64,000 nt of DNA from Psammoneis japonica (taxonomy: Eukaryota), in the NCBI GenBank assembly GCA_008632985.1, contig QPGO01000081.1, positions 62,001 to 126,000 on the forward strand, given 5' to 3'. Below are positions 48,456 to 62,163 of the stretch, piece by piece. The stretch's first letter is position 1. Each line of letters starts with the position of its first letter. Made by a program: the position numbers and the translations under genes. The notes below the pieces were generated by a model. That model had not been told where the DNA came from and made no database searches. It worked only from the letters and a program-made list of their open reading frames with translations.

Positions 48456-49146
48456 GGTGAACAACACACAACGTTTGCCTTTTATCGCAGTGTCAAGTGT
48501 TCGCTCTGTTGTTGATGTTGTTGATCGGATACTCTCTTTCGTACGATTCTACGTGGATTGTACGGTGGGTGGCGGGGGTGGGCACGCAAAAAAAAAAAAT
48601 GAAGGTTGGAGCACACGTCAGCCCGTGCGACTTGCAGACCGTTGAGCTTGACGAGTTTACTTGACGAGGCCGCGGAGTTGAGAGACGACGACTCACTCTA
48701 GACTACTAGGGCCTAGCCCTAGTAAGCTTGGGTCCTACCTCTAGCAACTTTGGTTGCAGGTAAGCCAAGATCAAAGAGGGAATAACAGCCTCTAGTCTCT
48801 AGTAGTAACAAAATAATGAGCAGATTCCCCTCTCTCTAGAGTGAGGTTTAGAAAAGGCTACAGTTGCTTGCGAGCACAGTGGTAACCAGATGATTCGTCG
48901 AGAACAAGCGGCATGAAAACTCGAAGCTCGACTTTTTACCTGTTGAAGTTCGCAGAGCCCATCGAGCTTTACACTTCAAACACGACTCGTTTTCCTACTT
49001 TAGGACGAAGATACTCACTACCCAACTCGCATTGCATCAAACAACACACGACAAAAGAATCGTCGCGACGACTCCTAAATCTCTTTTAAGGATTTCTAGA
49101 ACTTAGTACTCGTATTCATTTGCGGTAATGATACACAATATACTTT

Positions 49147-49914
49147 TTAAAAGAGAGGATCGCCAGTGACCCAGTTGTGGTGAATCATACCACCAATGGC
49201 AAGCATTGCAAGCCGTCCATTCTTGATTTCTTGGAGCTGCAATTTTTCCATGTCTTCCTTTGACTTTCCAACACCAAGACCCATGGGATCGAATCCAAGT
49301 TCACCAGGAACACGGGATGGATCACTAAACATGGTTTCCATGGTCACATTGCCCTTGTTGGTCCAGAATTCCAAAACACCCAACCACAGCACAATCTGAA
49401 GCATGGACGAGGCACCGACGACCGACGGAGCCATGTTGGAATCGGCGACAGGTTCCATACCGGGGAGAGTCACGTACTCCTGAAGGACAAAGCCAAGAAC
49501 GGCAAGCATGGAAACTCGGCCGTGCTTGATTTCGGATTCTCGCAACCACTTCATGTCGAAAAAATCCGAAAAACCCAGCGGATCAAACTCAACGTCACCG
49601 ACCCATCCAGCCGTGTTCTTGGGAGCTTCCAAGAATGGAACAGACTTGGACATGGCATTCAACGCAACCGATGGACCAGACTAATATGATTTGCGTGGAT
49701 AAGAAACAAGAAACAACAACAACATGAGCATCAGAAAGCTTTTCTGGGGACCCGGACATTATTCCAAAGTCCAAAGCAGAGGTGCGTTTTCGTTGAAAGG
49801 TTTGATTCTACTCCGTCTTGTATTTCCGGACAATATCACTATACTCACCTTGGATGCCGGAACAAAGGCCGAAGCAGAGCCCACAAGGGCGGCAGCGAGA
49901 AGTAGCTTCACCAT
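49147..49914 (-). CDS. Light-harvesting fucoxanthin-chlorophyll binding protein (Lhcr-like); join(49914..49849,49680..49147), 199 aa
   Basis: Signal peptide ending ASAF; FDPLGF, RESEIKHGRVSMLA, FDPMGL and QEIKNGRLAMLA. Confidence 0.95.
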
Positions 49915-50335
49915 GGTGCTTTCAACGTGATTGTTGGAATGCGGTCCGGTCGGCTTCGCCGCGGTGCTTCGCGTGGCGAGATTTGAGTTGAAGATTTTGG
50001 ATCGCGAAGCCTGTCCATCAACCGCAACTAGTATGAAGTATGTAGAATTGTACATACGTCTTTCGACTATACAAACTGGTACAATCGGCAGAATGCATCT
50101 TTTCACGGTCTGTACGTCAGTGCGCATGACCCATAACCCGGACGTTTTTCTTTTCCCGCCCGTCTGTACCACGTCAGCTACGTCAGATCAAAATCTGACA
50201 CGCACTTGGATTTCGAAATCACTGGTTTGACGTTTCTCCCACCACAAGAAGTGTTCTTATTTTTTTTCTTTTTGGAAAGTGCAGAACAAGGAGGCAAGAG
50301 CGGATCTTTCAATTAGAAACGGTACTGAAACCATT

Positions 50336-51810
50336 ATGAAGCTCTCTGTGACTCTGCTCCTTCCCTGCCTTGCGACAGGCTTTGTTTCTCCCGTGCAACG
50401 CCGCGCAAATGTTGTGGTCCCACCGACGACGACGGCTGCCGCTTCTTCCAATAATCCATCATCATCACAGCTTTATGCTTTTGTGGATATTAGCGAAAGC
50501 ACAGGCAGAGACATGGGTGCCATGAACGAATGGGCCGCCAACTATGGTGTGCAACGAGCCGATGGTTTTGAACTGACCAGTCAAGACGGTTTGGATTGGA
50601 GCGTCATGACGACCCAACCCATTGCGCAGGGTAGTCCGGTCTTGTTTGTTCCGAGCAACATGGTTCTGTCGTCGTCAAGGATTCGTCAAGAATTGAACGA
50701 GATTGGTAATGTCCAAGACGCGGTGGATCAATTGACGAGATTAGGGGCGGGCGATCAGATTGCTCAATTTTATCTCTTTGTCAAGATTTTGCACGAATAC
50801 GAAAAGGGTGATCAGTCTCCGTATTTTCCGTGGTTGAATTCCCTGCCGCGATTGTTTTACAATGCCGCCAGCATGACGGATTTTTGTTATGAATGTCTAC
50901 CTCCACTCGTATTTTCTCTTGCCAGGGTGGAACGAGTCAAGTTTGACAATTATTTTGATGTGCTCCAAAAAGTGACGGGTGTTTTGTCGGAACAAACCAA
51001 GGCCAACAAGGATTTAGCCAAGTGGGCCTACAATGTCGTTTGTACGAGATGTTGGGGAGCTGCCGATGAAAAGCAAATTGTTCCCATGGCGGATATGGTA
51101 CGTAGCGTTTGTTGCTCCAATTTTTGCTATTTTTGCCCTGCGCTTGAGTTTATTCACATCTCACCCATTGCGCACATGCTTATTGTTTTGTGTAGTTGAA
51201 TCACGGAACCGAGACAGAGGTGGCCATTAGTTACGACGAAGAAGGAAATTGCAACGTGTACGCCACAAAGGACGTGCCGGAAGGTTCTCCCTTGCGCATG
51301 TCCTATGGCGATCCCACCAACCCCAGCCAGTTGTTTGCAACCTATGGTTTCTTGGACGAATCGTCGCCCGCAACATTTTGCAAAATCATGACAATCAAGC
51401 CAAACCAGGAATTGAAGGATATTGGTTACGACTTTTCCCGAATGCTCTTTTACAGAGATACCGGCGAAATTTCACAAGAAGTGTGGGATTGTTTGCTCTA
51501 CAATATCCTGGAAAGCAACAAGGAAGTTCAGCAAGCCTTTTATCAAGCTCACATGTCGGGTGATGCGGAAACCAAGCAAAACATTCATCAGCATTACTTT
51601 TTGGAGACATCAACCAAACTCAAGGAGCACGTGGATACCTTTCTCAAGCAGCTTGATGATTTGTCGGGCAAGGCTGTCAACAAGGATATTAATGAACACC
51701 CACGCCTCCCACTCATTTTAAAGCACAATGAATTTGTCAAGAGCACATTTTTGAATGTCAAGGCGCGCCTTGATCCCATGGTGGAACAAGCCGCTGGTCA
51801 GCTTGTCTAG
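50336..51810 (+). CDS. SET-domain (Rubisco LSMT-like) protein, probably plastid-targeted; join(50336..51097,51196..51810)
   Basis: Signal peptide ending ATG-F; SPYFPWLNSLP, WAYNVVCTR, PMADM|LNH across the intron at 51098..51195, and SYG..NPSQLFATYGF. Confidence 0.88.
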
Positions 51811-52106
51811 TGCCGGTAGTAGAGACCCTCGTTCGATTTGCAGTCGATAACGACTGTATTAGTTTTAATGTTATATATAGGTTAGAAGAAACAGTTAGAT
51901 TGTTGTGCCTAGAGTAGGTCTACTCTCTAGTAGCTAGTAGAGCGAGTGTAGCAGTTCAGTTTCAACTCCGCGAGTCTCACGAGGAAACGCGACGCTATGT
52001 ACTTCTACGTACGGTACAAGACGACCCTCCTGCTCAGGGGTTAGGTTGGCGCTGGTACCTCCGGCAAAAAAAAGGGCGACAGTTTTTTTGTGGCACTGAT
52101 GCACCC

Positions 52107-53711
52107 ATGATGATGGAGGAGAACGCTGCGCTTTGCGATACCTGTCAGAAGCGTTTACAGTTATCATCTACTAGCATTCCCTCATCTAAAAATTATTGCA
52201 GTATCTGTTTGAATGTGTGGACTCTCCAAGAAAAGCAATTCCAGGAGGCGATTCAACAAGCGTGCCAATCCTATGGCGGCGTTGCCAAGAATGAATTTGA
52301 CTCTGTGACGGTTGCGATTTCGGGCGATGTGTGTTTTCGATACAGCCTGGCATCGACAAGCGATAACACAGATATTGCCTTGGACTATCTAGGAACGCTC
52401 AAGAATCATGTGAAACAATTGATACAGTCAAATCTGCCGACTTCCAACAACAGCAAGAACAAACACGGCAGTATGGGCTTGCACGTCATGATTGCATTTG
52501 ATGGAGCACCGAGACCCAACAATGTTGTTTTACCAAAAAGGAAAAAACGCAAACGCTTTCGTGGTGTCAATACTCTGATGGAACCTCTGCAAGGCGGTGA
52601 TCCGCGTGTAAACTTACAAGAGCGACTCGGCGATGCCTATTGGAATCCAAACGAAATTGCAACGCTCCTGAAAAAGGCACATCCTTCGTTAAAGCAAGAA
52701 TGGCAAAACTGGTTTCGTCATCAACAACAACAGACTGATAGTGAAACAGTTCGTCCTATCATTCATGTCGCTGCTTGGAGAAATCCAATTTACATCAAGG
52801 GCATGTACACCAAGAGTCGTCGCGACGTGTCTCAAACACCCTTTTACGTGGTACGAGACGGCAAATCGGTGCGTCTCGGCGTGACATCGGTTCAAGAAGA
52901 GATTTGCCCGCATATCGAACGAGCGTGTCGTGGTATTTCGTGTTTCAACAACAATAACGACTCGAATGTCGTATATGGCATGTGCAAATTTCATGCATCG
53001 GGACGAGAAGACATGGATGTGCGCATGATTTTACCAGATCCACCTCAAGAGGGAGTTGGAGGACGGCCCTTTTGTTGTCAAGTCTTTGATGCACACCATG
53101 TTCCATCTCGAGACGAGTTGCAAGAGACTACAAACGCGATTAATCATTTCTTTTCCGGAGAAACGAGTGACGGTGGCAACAACAAGAACGATACAAGCAA
53201 AGATACCAAAAGCAACGAGTCTATTGTAGACAAACCAGAGCAAAAGGAGCATTTACAAGAGCATCGACGGTACGGACAAAATCCATTGGGTGTGGACGTT
53301 TCGTCCTTGATACTTGGCACGGCAAGTGACTTTAGCAATCTTCAAGCAGAAACCGAAGCCAAGGTCAAGCATTACGAGTGTCTCTGTTGGTGCGAAACTT
53401 CAGTCAAGGACCAAGATGACTTGGAAAGACAATTATACTCTGAAACATTTCCATTGAAATTACAGCAACAAACACCGTTGCGCGTGCTTCATCGTCGTGC
53501 CAATGCGACTCGGGTCCGGCATGTTTTGACGTTACAACCAGTCTTTATCTCGTCAAATTGGTTTCGGCTGCATCTCTCAACAGAGGCTGGAACCTATGTC
53601 AAGGAATTTGTGCATGGTGACTTGGGCCGAACCACACCCAGTGTTGCGAGTTTGTTGCAATGCAAGACGGATATATTAGAGTTGGATTGTGAGGGAATTG
53701 CAATGTCGTAG
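52107..53711 (+). CDS. PUS10: tRNA pseudouridine synthase Pus10
   Basis: GMYTKSRRDVSQTPF, FHASGREDMDVRM, QQTPLRVLHRR and AGTYVKEFVHGDLGRTTPS. Confidence 0.93.
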   Translation: MMMEENAALCDTCQKRLQLSSTSIPSSKNYCSICLNVWTLQEKQFQEAIQQACQSYGGVAKNEFDSVTVAISGDVCFRYSLASTSDNTDIALDYLGTLKNHVKQLIQSNLPTSNNSKNKHGSMGLHVMIAFDGAPRPNNVVLPKRKKRKRFRGVNTLMEPLQGGDPRVNLQERLGDAYWNPNEIATLLKKAHPSLKQEWQNWFRHQQQQTDSETVRPIIHVAAWRNPIYIKGMYTKSRRDVSQTPFYVVRDGKSVRLGVTSVQEEICPHIERACRGISCFNNNNDSNVVYGMCKFHASGREDMDVRMILPDPPQEGVGGRPFCCQVFDAHHVPSRDELQETTNAINHFFSGETSDGGNNKNDTSKDTKSNESIVDKPEQKEHLQEHRRYGQNPLGVDVSSLILGTASDFSNLQAETEAKVKHYECLCWCETSVKDQDDLERQLYSETFPLKLQQQTPLRVLHRRANATRVRHVLTLQPVFISSNWFRLHLSTEAGTYVKEFVHGDLGRTTPSVASLLQCKTDILELDCEGIAMS

Positions 53712-54562
53712 TTATAGAAGGAACATTCAAGATGAAAAGGGTTGGTGATTGCCCTGTTGGTTGTCTTAAAATTTTGGTTGACGCCGCAACACTCGAAGAA
53801 ATTGCCATGTCATTGTAAATGTCGGAATGAAAAAAATCGCCTTGAGCTTGGAGCAACACCACTGGAATTCACACCAGTGTCTCGAGCAAAGTCGGAATCC
53901 AGCACTTGTGTTGGAAACACATGTCAACGCCTTGCGCAAAACGGACAAGTCTTGACTCAGTTCATGGCACTCTTGTTGTCGAAAGCGTTTGCCACTGTTT
54001 ACATTGTGGTTTGAGATTGTAGCCTGTGTTGCATCTCGCTCGCTCGACTTTGGAGGCTTGCCTGGACTATGCGGACGAAACGCGAAAAGCTCGAAAACAC
54101 CGGTGCGATTGCGTGTACTGTATCCTACATCAACCCCCCTCTTTCTACCGTACAAAGACACAAAACAGAAATACAGTCGTTTGATGAAAGGCCCCAGAGC
54201 ATTGTTGACATGGTATTGCCCCTCACAACATGTTTCCAAAGTCTCAAACGGTTCTTTTATTAGTCCCTGCCTGCATCTATCGTGCATAAAAAGATATTTT
54301 GGGTTGCTTTTATTCAGGGCCCTAGGCGCCCAATCTTCCATCTTGGTCCCAATTCGAGAGATCGATCTAGGCCTACACTCTAGTCCCAGTTATACTTGTA
54401 CTGTAGATCCTCTCTTCATTCCGAACAATAATCCGTAGCTGTGATAAAAAGCACCTTCTTTTGTAACCACAAACGAAATATCAATTAACTTTGGCGACTA
54501 TTTTATGCACATAACATATAATGCCAGGTCACCCCCCTACAAGCCCAAATCCCCGTTTTTGT

Positions 54563-57500
54563 TCATGTGTTGTTTTTTGACATGGCTATTGCGATATCCA
54601 AAGCTTCGGTGGAAGTCACATCTGAGACATCTCGAGGAACCGGCGAATAATCTGAGTCCGAACCGTCATCGCCACCCTCGTCTTGCTGCTGCCCATCCAA
54701 TGCAGCCGCACTTGAAAACTGTGGAGGTTGATCTTCCCATTCTTCCAAGTCTTTTGCGTAGCCTGAATACATGATATCTTGAGGATCCTGTTGCTGTGCA
54801 TCCATATCTTCCAAGGATTCGACATGACTGGTGTAAGGTGCATCGTCCTCCACATACTCAATACTCTCGTGAAGTTCTTGTTGTTCCTTTTCATAACGTT
54901 GTCGTTCTGCGAGATTCTTTTTATGCAGGTGAAAAAGCCCAAAGCCAGCAAGAATAACAACGGCTAGGCCGGCAAACGTGGCAGACAAAATGACTGCAAG
55001 GTTCCTTGAGTTGTCATCCGAGTCATTGTTGTCTGTTTCAGTTGTATTCTCCAGAGTATTAACACCCAAGATCCTCATTGGAGAATTGGGATTGATTACC
55101 CACAGATTTCGTTGCAAATCTCCATTTCGAATAGCCATGTCCATTCTGTTGGTGTACAAAACTCTAGACAGGTCGGCGTCTTCACCTTGGTCCAACTCGA
55201 ATATAAAAGACGCCGAAGCCGATTGACAAAGAAATGATTCTTCTTGCCCGTCTGGGCACTCCTTGTCGCGAATACCATTGAGTCTCCCACTCTCTTGGAT
55301 GTAGCTGACCAATCGGCGTTTCACAAGGCGACGGCGTCGACCATCAGCTGTCACAACCTGTTCGGCTGTTATGTCGTAGGCTTGCTCCAACTGGTTCCAA
55401 TTCAAACTACCCACGGACAAATCCGCAGCTCGTAATCCAACACTGTTGCCAATGTCAAACTCTGAGGCCACCCGGACTTGGTTGGAGGGCAACACGATTG
55501 TTGTTGGCATTGGACTAGGCGAGGTGTTTGGAGGGAGCGTAGGAGGTCCAGTGACATTTTCGACAGAGTAAACCTGTGCCTTGGATTGCTCACAAACAAA
55601 CTCCAGATTAGCCAATTGCTCCTCGGTGACATTTCGGTGTTGCTGCGGATAGTAGGATCCATATATGTCAATCTCATCTATGCCGTTGTTTGATGCTGTG
55701 GCAAAAAAGGCGTAATTGACACGCAACAGCAGATCCAAGCTTGCAAACTCTACGTCTTTGTAAAAACCGGTCCACAAGTAAAGAAAGTCAGCATAGTCCT
55801 CTCTGCTAAGGAACAAATCGCGGTTACTGTCCGCCAGGGCCAGTGCATACAAGCATTCCAGCCGCTCCTCCGTTATGGTAATATTTGGCTCTGGAGTAAT
55901 GGTGGTGCCATTTGTGATGCTAGTCTCGACCACTTGTTGAGTTTGACTGCAGAATTCAAACAAGTCCTCCAGCATCATGCCTTGAGGACCGGTCAGTGGA
56001 TAATAGTTTGCTCCCGAAACGGGCACTTCACCCGATGCAAACGCTTCAAAATTGTCTTTGACTTCGTCGGGTAAGTCGCCATACTCTTCAATTTTGGAGC
56101 TGTCGAGTAGAAAGTTAATATACTTGACGTATTCGTCCTTGTCCAAGCTACCATTGGAATTGGCATCGGCCAAGGCAAGCCCAGATAAGCACCGCAACTC
56201 GACAACCGTATACGTTGCAACGTTGGTCACGGGCGTTGGAGATGAAGTAGGAAACTCCCCAGGCTCCGGTAACGCCGCCCTTGTTACAAAGCATAAAGAT
56301 TCCAAGTCTCGAAATTGGTCGAGCGTTGCGTTTTGTCGCGGATAGTAGGAACCAAAAATGTTGATGGCTCTCGCAAACATGTTTCGTTCCATGGAGAACT
56401 TGGTAAACACGGCCTTCAACACGGCCGACAGATTTCCAAAATTTAAATCTTTGGTACGAGACAAGAAGCCGACAAATGCGGCGAATTCTTGGGAATCCAT
56501 CCACGAATCCCCATTGTCATCTGCAAACGCCATGCTAAACAAACACTCCAACGTTTCCACCGTGGCTTTGTATCCAGAGCTTGGTACAGTCGGTTGATTA
56601 CCCGTCAAGGTAAAGACAGCGTCGGTGGTTTCACTGCAGAAATCCAGCAACAAGGATATCTCTGCCTGGGAGGCGTCATTTGGAAACCTTGCGCTCTGCA
56701 CGCTTAGTCCATTGTTCGAGTTGTACACAGTCTGGAGAGATACTGGTAGATTTCCAAATGATTCCTCATCGATTTCATTATTGGAAATGACACGAACATA
56801 ATCAAGAAATTCCTGCCGGCTCAACCGTAGATTGAAATCTTCATCTGAAAAGACGAGTGCAAAGAGGCATTCCAGTTGATTCAAAGGAAAGACTGAATAG
56901 TTCTGTTGACGAGAAGGTGTAGGGGGTGGAGTGCGGGACGGCGGAGTTGCGGAGGGTGGAATGGGGGACGGCCGAGTGGGAGACGGCCGATTGGGGAACG
57001 GCGGAGTGGAGGAGGGAGGGGTTGGGGACGGCGGAGTGGAGGAGGGAGCAGTGGGTGACGGTGGAGTGGGTGACGGTGGAGTGGGAGACGGCGGAGTTGC
57101 GGAGGGAGGAGTGAAGGATGGCGGAGTTGCGGAGGGTGGAGTGGGGGACGGCGGAGTTGCGGATGGAGGAGTGAAGGACGGCGGAGTTGCGGAGGGTGGA
57201 GTGGAGGACGGCGGATTTGTGGAGGGTGGAGTGGGGGACGGCGGAGTTGCGGAGGGAGGAGTGGAGGACGGCGGATTTGCGGAGGGTGGAGTGGAGGACG
57301 GCGGAGTTGCGGAGGGAGGAGTGAAGGACGGTGGAGTTGCGGAGGGTGGAGTGGAGGACGGCGGAGTTGCGGAGGATGGGGTGGAGGAGGAAGTGGCATC
57401 TTCAATAGCCGCAAGGGTGTCTTCACAAGTCGACACTAAATGAGCTTCGTTGACGTCGTCTCTTGTAATGTTCCAGGCAAACTTGGTTTCATCTGGTGTC

Positions 57501-57790
57501 CTGTCGAGAAGAAAGGTCATCACAAAATTGCCTCGCAAGACAACAGGGAGATCGTCCCATGTCCTTGCTTTAGGAAAGGCCTTGTTGGACAGCTGCTGAA
57601 CAAAACCAAGGTATTCGGTGCGATCCAAAAACAGATCGCCATTACCATCGTTGGCCAACATGGCCTCGTAACACACATCGGTTGTCGTTTTGAGAGCGCG
57701 AGTATCGATACCGGTGAATTCAGATAGCCCATTGCAACAAGCAATTGCATTTGCCGCCAATGCTAGAAACGTTGTTGCATAGCACCTCAT
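54563..57790 (-). CDS. Type I membrane/cell-surface protein: signal peptide, five Cys-flanked EF-hand-like repeats, Pro/Ser/Thr linker, C-terminal TM (about 1075 aa)
   Basis: Signal peptide [19 protein letters not shown]; five copies of C...(L/M)..(A/N/S)D.N.D..L...E(Y/F)..(F/Y); [25 protein letters not shown]; acidic tail. Confidence 0.8.
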   Translation of the reverse strand: MRCYATTFLALAANAIACCNGLSEFTGIDTRALKTTTDVCYEAMLANDGNGDLFLDRTEYLGFVQQLSNKAFPKARTWDDLPVVLRGNFVMTFLLDRTPDETKFAWNITRDDVNEAHLVSTCEDTLAAIEDATSSSTPSSATPPSSTPPSATPPSFTPPSATPPSSTPPSANPPSSTPPSATPPSPTPPSTNPPSSTPPSATPPSFTPPSATPPSPTPPSATPPSFTPPSATPPSPTPPSPTPPSPTAPSSTPPSPTPPSSTPPFPNRPSPTRPSPIPPSATPPSRTPPPTPSRQQNYSVFPLNQLECLFALVFSDEDFNLRLSRQEFLDYVRVISNNEIDEESFGNLPVSLQTVYNSNNGLSVQSARFPNDASQAEISLLLDFCSETTDAVFTLTGNQPTVPSSGYKATVETLECLFSMAFADDNGDSWMDSQEFAAFVGFLSRTKDLNFGNLSAVLKAVFTKFSMERNMFARAINIFGSYYPRQNATLDQFRDLESLCFVTRAALPEPGEFPTSSPTPVTNVATYTVVELRCLSGLALADANSNGSLDKDEYVKYINFLLDSSKIEEYGDLPDEVKDNFEAFASGEVPVSGANYYPLTGPQGMMLEDLFEFCSQTQQVVETSITNGTTITPEPNITITEERLECLYALALADSNRDLFLSREDYADFLYLWTGFYKDVEFASLDLLLRVNYAFFATASNNGIDEIDIYGSYYPQQHRNVTEEQLANLEFVCEQSKAQVYSVENVTGPPTLPPNTSPSPMPTTIVLPSNQVRVASEFDIGNSVGLRAADLSVGSLNWNQLEQAYDITAEQVVTADGRRRRLVKRRLVSYIQESGRLNGIRDKECPDGQEESFLCQSASASFIFELDQGEDADLSRVLYTNRMDMAIRNGDLQRNLWVINPNSPMRILGVNTLENTTETDNNDSDDNSRNLAVILSATFAGLAVVILAGFGLFHLHKKNLAERQRYEKEQQELHESIEYVEDDAPYTSHVESLEDMDAQQQDPQDIMYSGYAKDLEEWEDQPPQFSSAAALDGQQQDEGGDDGSDSDYSPVPRDVSDVTSTEALDIAIAMSKNNT
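56930..57385 (-). repeat. Coding minisatellite, 15-bp unit encoding xTPPS (about 30 copies)
   Basis: Seen directly in both DNA and translation. Confidence 0.92.
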
Positions 57791-58299
57791 AGTGAGGCTC
57801 GAATCTTTGCTGTTGACCAAATCAAAACGATTTTGTGTAGGTCTGATTTTGCGGGAATTGGAAACGCAAGTTCTGTGCATCAGAATGATGGTCGTCCGAA
57901 ATTTTCGTTTCGACAGTGACCAAGAGATCCATGGATGATGGACAAAATTGGGACAACAGAACATATTTGAAAATAGCATGAACTTTGAAATCGTGTGAAC
58001 GTACAGTACATGTTTCACAACGGAGACTTTTTCAATGTTTATAATTCATGCATCAAAATATTTATAAAACCTAAGTATTGATTTTTGTGTAGTTCTCTTG
58101 TAGTTTTTTCCGTTCTGCTGTCGTTCCCCTCCGGCTCACTGCTTGTGTTACTCCCGGGCGATCGCTGCAGCAGGGCCCTCTCTATCTCTGTCTGCTCTGC
58201 TCTTAAAGTGCCATGTCCTGGCAGCCAGTGGCCAGCAGCTCTGTGAATCAATCATGAAAATCACACGCGACTCTTTTTACAGCCACTGCCTGGTGGCCA

Positions 58300-61200
58300 T
58301 CTATGCTGATGAGGGCGGAGGGGTGCATCGTTGCCACCACTTGGCTGAAAACAGCGGGTGTCCAGGCAGAAACCAAGCTCTCTCCACATCAGTGCCACCT
58401 GCAGTTTCTCACACTCACAAAGTGGCATTTCCATCTTGGAATTTTGAATGTCACTGGTGGGTCATTGAAAAACAAAAAAACCAGCACAGGTGCACACCCA
58501 GAGCTCTCTTGCATTTGAAAAAATGCAGAGGTGCAGCCAACAAAGGCTGGTGTCTTGGCTTGTGTCAGAGTGCAGGGCACGCTGTGCTGGTTTCTTTGCA
58601 TCACAAACTTTGTTGTTGCTCTGGCACTTGCCTTTGCAATGACTGCAACAGGCATGCCTGCCGCAGCCACCGATGATGCTGCATTTTTCCCGCATCTGTC
58701 AGCTGCCCACAGCTGACAGCTGACTGCACAGATGCGCACACTGCAAAATGTGATTCCTCGCACAAGACCTGCAACAGGCTGCAGGAGCACCATGTGACCA
58801 AGTTGTGTGGTGCAACTGGCCATTGTGCAAGTGACTTGCATTGTGCAAAGAGTCTGTGCAGGAGATCTGTGAGGTGCAGCGCCGAGCACGGCTGATTCTG
58901 AGCATGCAGGAGCTGCAAAACTCCATGTGACATGGTGCGGTTTGAAGTTTCTGGCTGCTCTGCTTCTTGATCACAAAATGAAGGACCTGATGCAATGCAA
59001 GGAAACCTGCCAAAAATGACAGAACAACAATTTGCAGGATGATTTGCCTCTTTCACAATCTTTTTTGCAGAAGACTTTGCATCTTGAAGAAGAGTGCTGC
59101 TGACTGCAACAACATGGCCAGCATGCTGAGCCCTCAACAAGGATGAATCATTTGAATCTGACAGCTTCATTGCTCCTCTGGTTGTGCTTCATGGTGTGTT
59201 GCATTGTCAACATTTTTTCAAACAGTCATTTTAACCTTGTGATGTCAACACAGCGAGAGAACAAGCAACAAAAACAACCACATTTGTTGCCAAGACAGCA
59301 TTGCAAATGGCCCAAATGGTGGCCCGGCTCTCCAAATTTTCAAAGCTGGCTGTGAACTTGCAAGCAGATCAATCAGAGGCACTCAAGCAGCAGTGATCCA
59401 TTTTTTTCTGCTGCTCTCTGTGGGGCAGAACTCTCTCCACTGGTGGGGCCCTGCTGCTGCCAGGAGTGGAGAGGCTTTCCACACACACTCCACTGGCTGG
59501 AAAGCAGAGAACAGCAGCAGAAAGCATCGCACACCATTGACGGACCCTCAATCTGAATGGCAAAGCACATTTTTGGTGCACAATGATGTCACAGGTGGAA
59601 CTTCCGGAGACAAAATTGGGCCAGTGCATTTGAAATCACCAAAAATCAATCGCCAAATTCTGTCAATTGCCCCACTTGTTGAAACGACATCGCCAAAGTG
59701 CAGGTTGGTTGTCAATGACGTTGATCATTTCACAACTTAACCAAACAATGTTTCTGTCCCGTTTGTCGCCAACCCGGACATTTTGTCGCAATTCGCGTCT
59801 TTTCGCGACAAATCATCAATTCATTTAAGAAAATGTCGCCAAATGCGACAAAATGCCGTGTGTCCCTGGAACACGTCTGCAACAAAAATGGGCCAAACTC
59901 TGAAATTTGGGGAAGCGAAAAGCACTGCTCAAGGGCATGATGCTGTCATTGAGATTTTTGATTGATTCCATGAAAGGCCCCACTTTGGTGGAGACTGCTT
60001 GGGAGCATGCAATGGGTGACTGTGTGACCACCCTTCTTGTGGTGCAATGGCTTGTGGATTGTCCAATTCCTTGATTTTGAAAGGGCAATGCTGTGGAGCC
60101 TTCTGCCAACCTGCAACAATGCTCCATGACAATGTTGTAGCTTGGGTGCTTTGGAAAAATAAAAAAACTTAAGCGCCACTTTCCCCAGTCTGAGGAGTTG
60201 GGAAGAGAGCTGTCTCTTGGTGTGCAGACATGTCATGCAATTTTTTGAAGGACAAGCTCAATTGCCAGCTGTTTCACAGGGCAGAAAAGCACAGCAATGA
60301 ACTCAACTGGTCTCTGGTCAAGTTGAGCTGATGCAGTGTCATCTTGGGAGCTTGTGACCCAGCAATGAACCACTGGCTTGCAGAGAGAGACCCAGAGATG
60401 ATGTGCAGGAACACGTGCATGGCAGCAAAATCAGCTGGCAAGCTGTCTTGTCTCATGAGCAAGAGGCAACTCCGGTTAACTCTTTTGCACTGTGCAGTGG
60501 CCAGGGTGGTGAGGTGAAGTTCCAACAATGGCGCAGCAAGTTGTTTTGGATCCCTGGTCTTGAATTTGTTGATGTGACCTGCCAGGAGCTCAAGTCCACC
60601 AAGCAATGTGCAGCACACAAGTCGCGGACCATGGTTGCTGTGTGTTTGTGATTTTCATCATGCACTTGGCAGCTTCGTGGCTGTTGAGAAGAATGGACTC
60701 TTTCACAGCACCAGCAACAAGAACACTGAACAGTTTGTGTTTCCTGACCTTCGCAGTGCGAAAGATGGGTGTCCGTGGCAAGCCTGATGACAGACACACC
60801 AGCAAAAGTTCCACTCTGTCTGTCAAGTCAATTTGCAAGGGTCGCTTGCACTCCAGAGCTTGAAGCTTGCCCTGCACAAGGACTTTGGACCATGCAAGTC
60901 TCGTGGCCATGCAGAACAGGATGTGACATTGGCACCTCTCAAGACAGTTGCTTTGATTGGTTGTCAGTGGTGTGCAGCTTGCCTGGTGGGTGAGTGCCAG
61001 TGGGGTGGACAGAAGCATGCTGATCTGGGTGTGCATCCTCCTCAACTCAAGTGTCTCTGGAGTTGGTGCAAGAATCCTGAGCAGCTTGAAAAGTTTGTGG
61101 GTTCACTCTGCATCATTTCACTCATTGACTTTCTTTGTGAAGGCCATCTGCGCCCCATTCTTTGGACTGCTGCCACATCTTTGACAATGCATCACCCAAA

Positions 61201-62050
61201 AATGATGGCTGAATGTGGCAACCACAATGTTGTTGTCAACAAGCTGCACCTGGTGGTGAACAAAATTGGCCTCAGCGATGTGGAGTTCCCAGAGGACTGT
61301 CCTGTTGCAGTGCTGTTGCGCTGGTCTGAGCAAGCCCATGTGTTGACTTCTGCCATCACAATGTTGAGATTGCTCCAGCAACATCGGCCCACATGACATG
61401 GTCAGTCTCATCAACGCCATCCAGCAACAGTCAGAACTCATTGCAACATGCAGGCAACAATCAGTTGGAAGACAGAGGCTTTGACATCACTGCAAGGTGC
61501 CCCATCTGTTCCCAGCTGATCAAGATTGTAAATCTTGGCAAGCACCATGTGTCAACAAACCAAGCTTTGCAGCTGGCATTGGGCGATCTGTCCAAGATGC
61601 AGCGAAAATTGGCTGAAGGTGTTCTGCACACCTCCAGGATCACACGCAAAGCAATGAGCCAAGCTGCCCCATGGTGGGCCACCTGCAAAGCACTCTGCAC
61701 TTGACCTCATCATCCAAGACACAAAGCTGCCATCACCCAAGAAGAACAAGCCACCGCCACCCAAGAAGCAGCCACCCTGGAGAAGCTGCTTTGGGCATCA
61801 TGCTGGTTGGAGCCAGAGCTCCTCCAGCCAAAGTGAGTGACTTGTTCCATTTTGGCACTGAGGCTGAATGTGTGGCCAGCAGCAAGCAAGACAGAACCAA
61901 AGACATGAAAGTGAGCATGTTCATTTGTGACACCTGTGCAATGCCGGCCATTTCTTCATGCAGGCAGGCACTCTTGACTTGAGCAAAATCATCCATTGCC
62001 TTGCATTGATTCAAAGGAAGGGTCAACCTTCAGGGCCTGCATGGAGCTGG
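58300..62050 (-). mobile_element. Highly degenerate putative second YR (DIRS-order) retrotransposon
   Basis: Remnant motifs in shifting frames: PSANFRCILDRS, LAKIYNL..SDVKA.F and LVDNNIV (RT-like, about 61.2-61.65 kb); TFCSVRICA and MQHHRW (YR-like, about 58.65-58.76 kb). Near-total TpA and CpG loss. Confidence 0.4.
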
Positions 62051-62163
62051 TGGAGCAGGTGATGATGGATGAGCAGCATGCTGATCTGAAAAAGAAGGAG
62101 ACCTCGATCGACCCCGTCTGTTGGAAGTTGGGGACGCTGTGGACAACAAATGCAGCATGTTCA

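Noticed and set aside
51940..52090. Structured ncRNA upstream of PUS10
   Set aside because: No recognisable snRNA, SRP or tRNA motifs.
42349..53711. Functional cluster of pseudouridine synthases (TruD and PUS10)
   Set aside because: The TruD copy is a broken fragment inside a TIR element; the proximity is probably coincidental.
53766..54438. ORFs 53766..54341 and 53989..54438
   Set aside because: No recognisable motifs; they lie between convergent gene ends and cannot be supported.
56881..57443. Gly/Val-rich (+) and Pro/Leu/Arg-rich alternative-frame ORFs
   Set aside because: Shadows of the xTPPS coding minisatellite.
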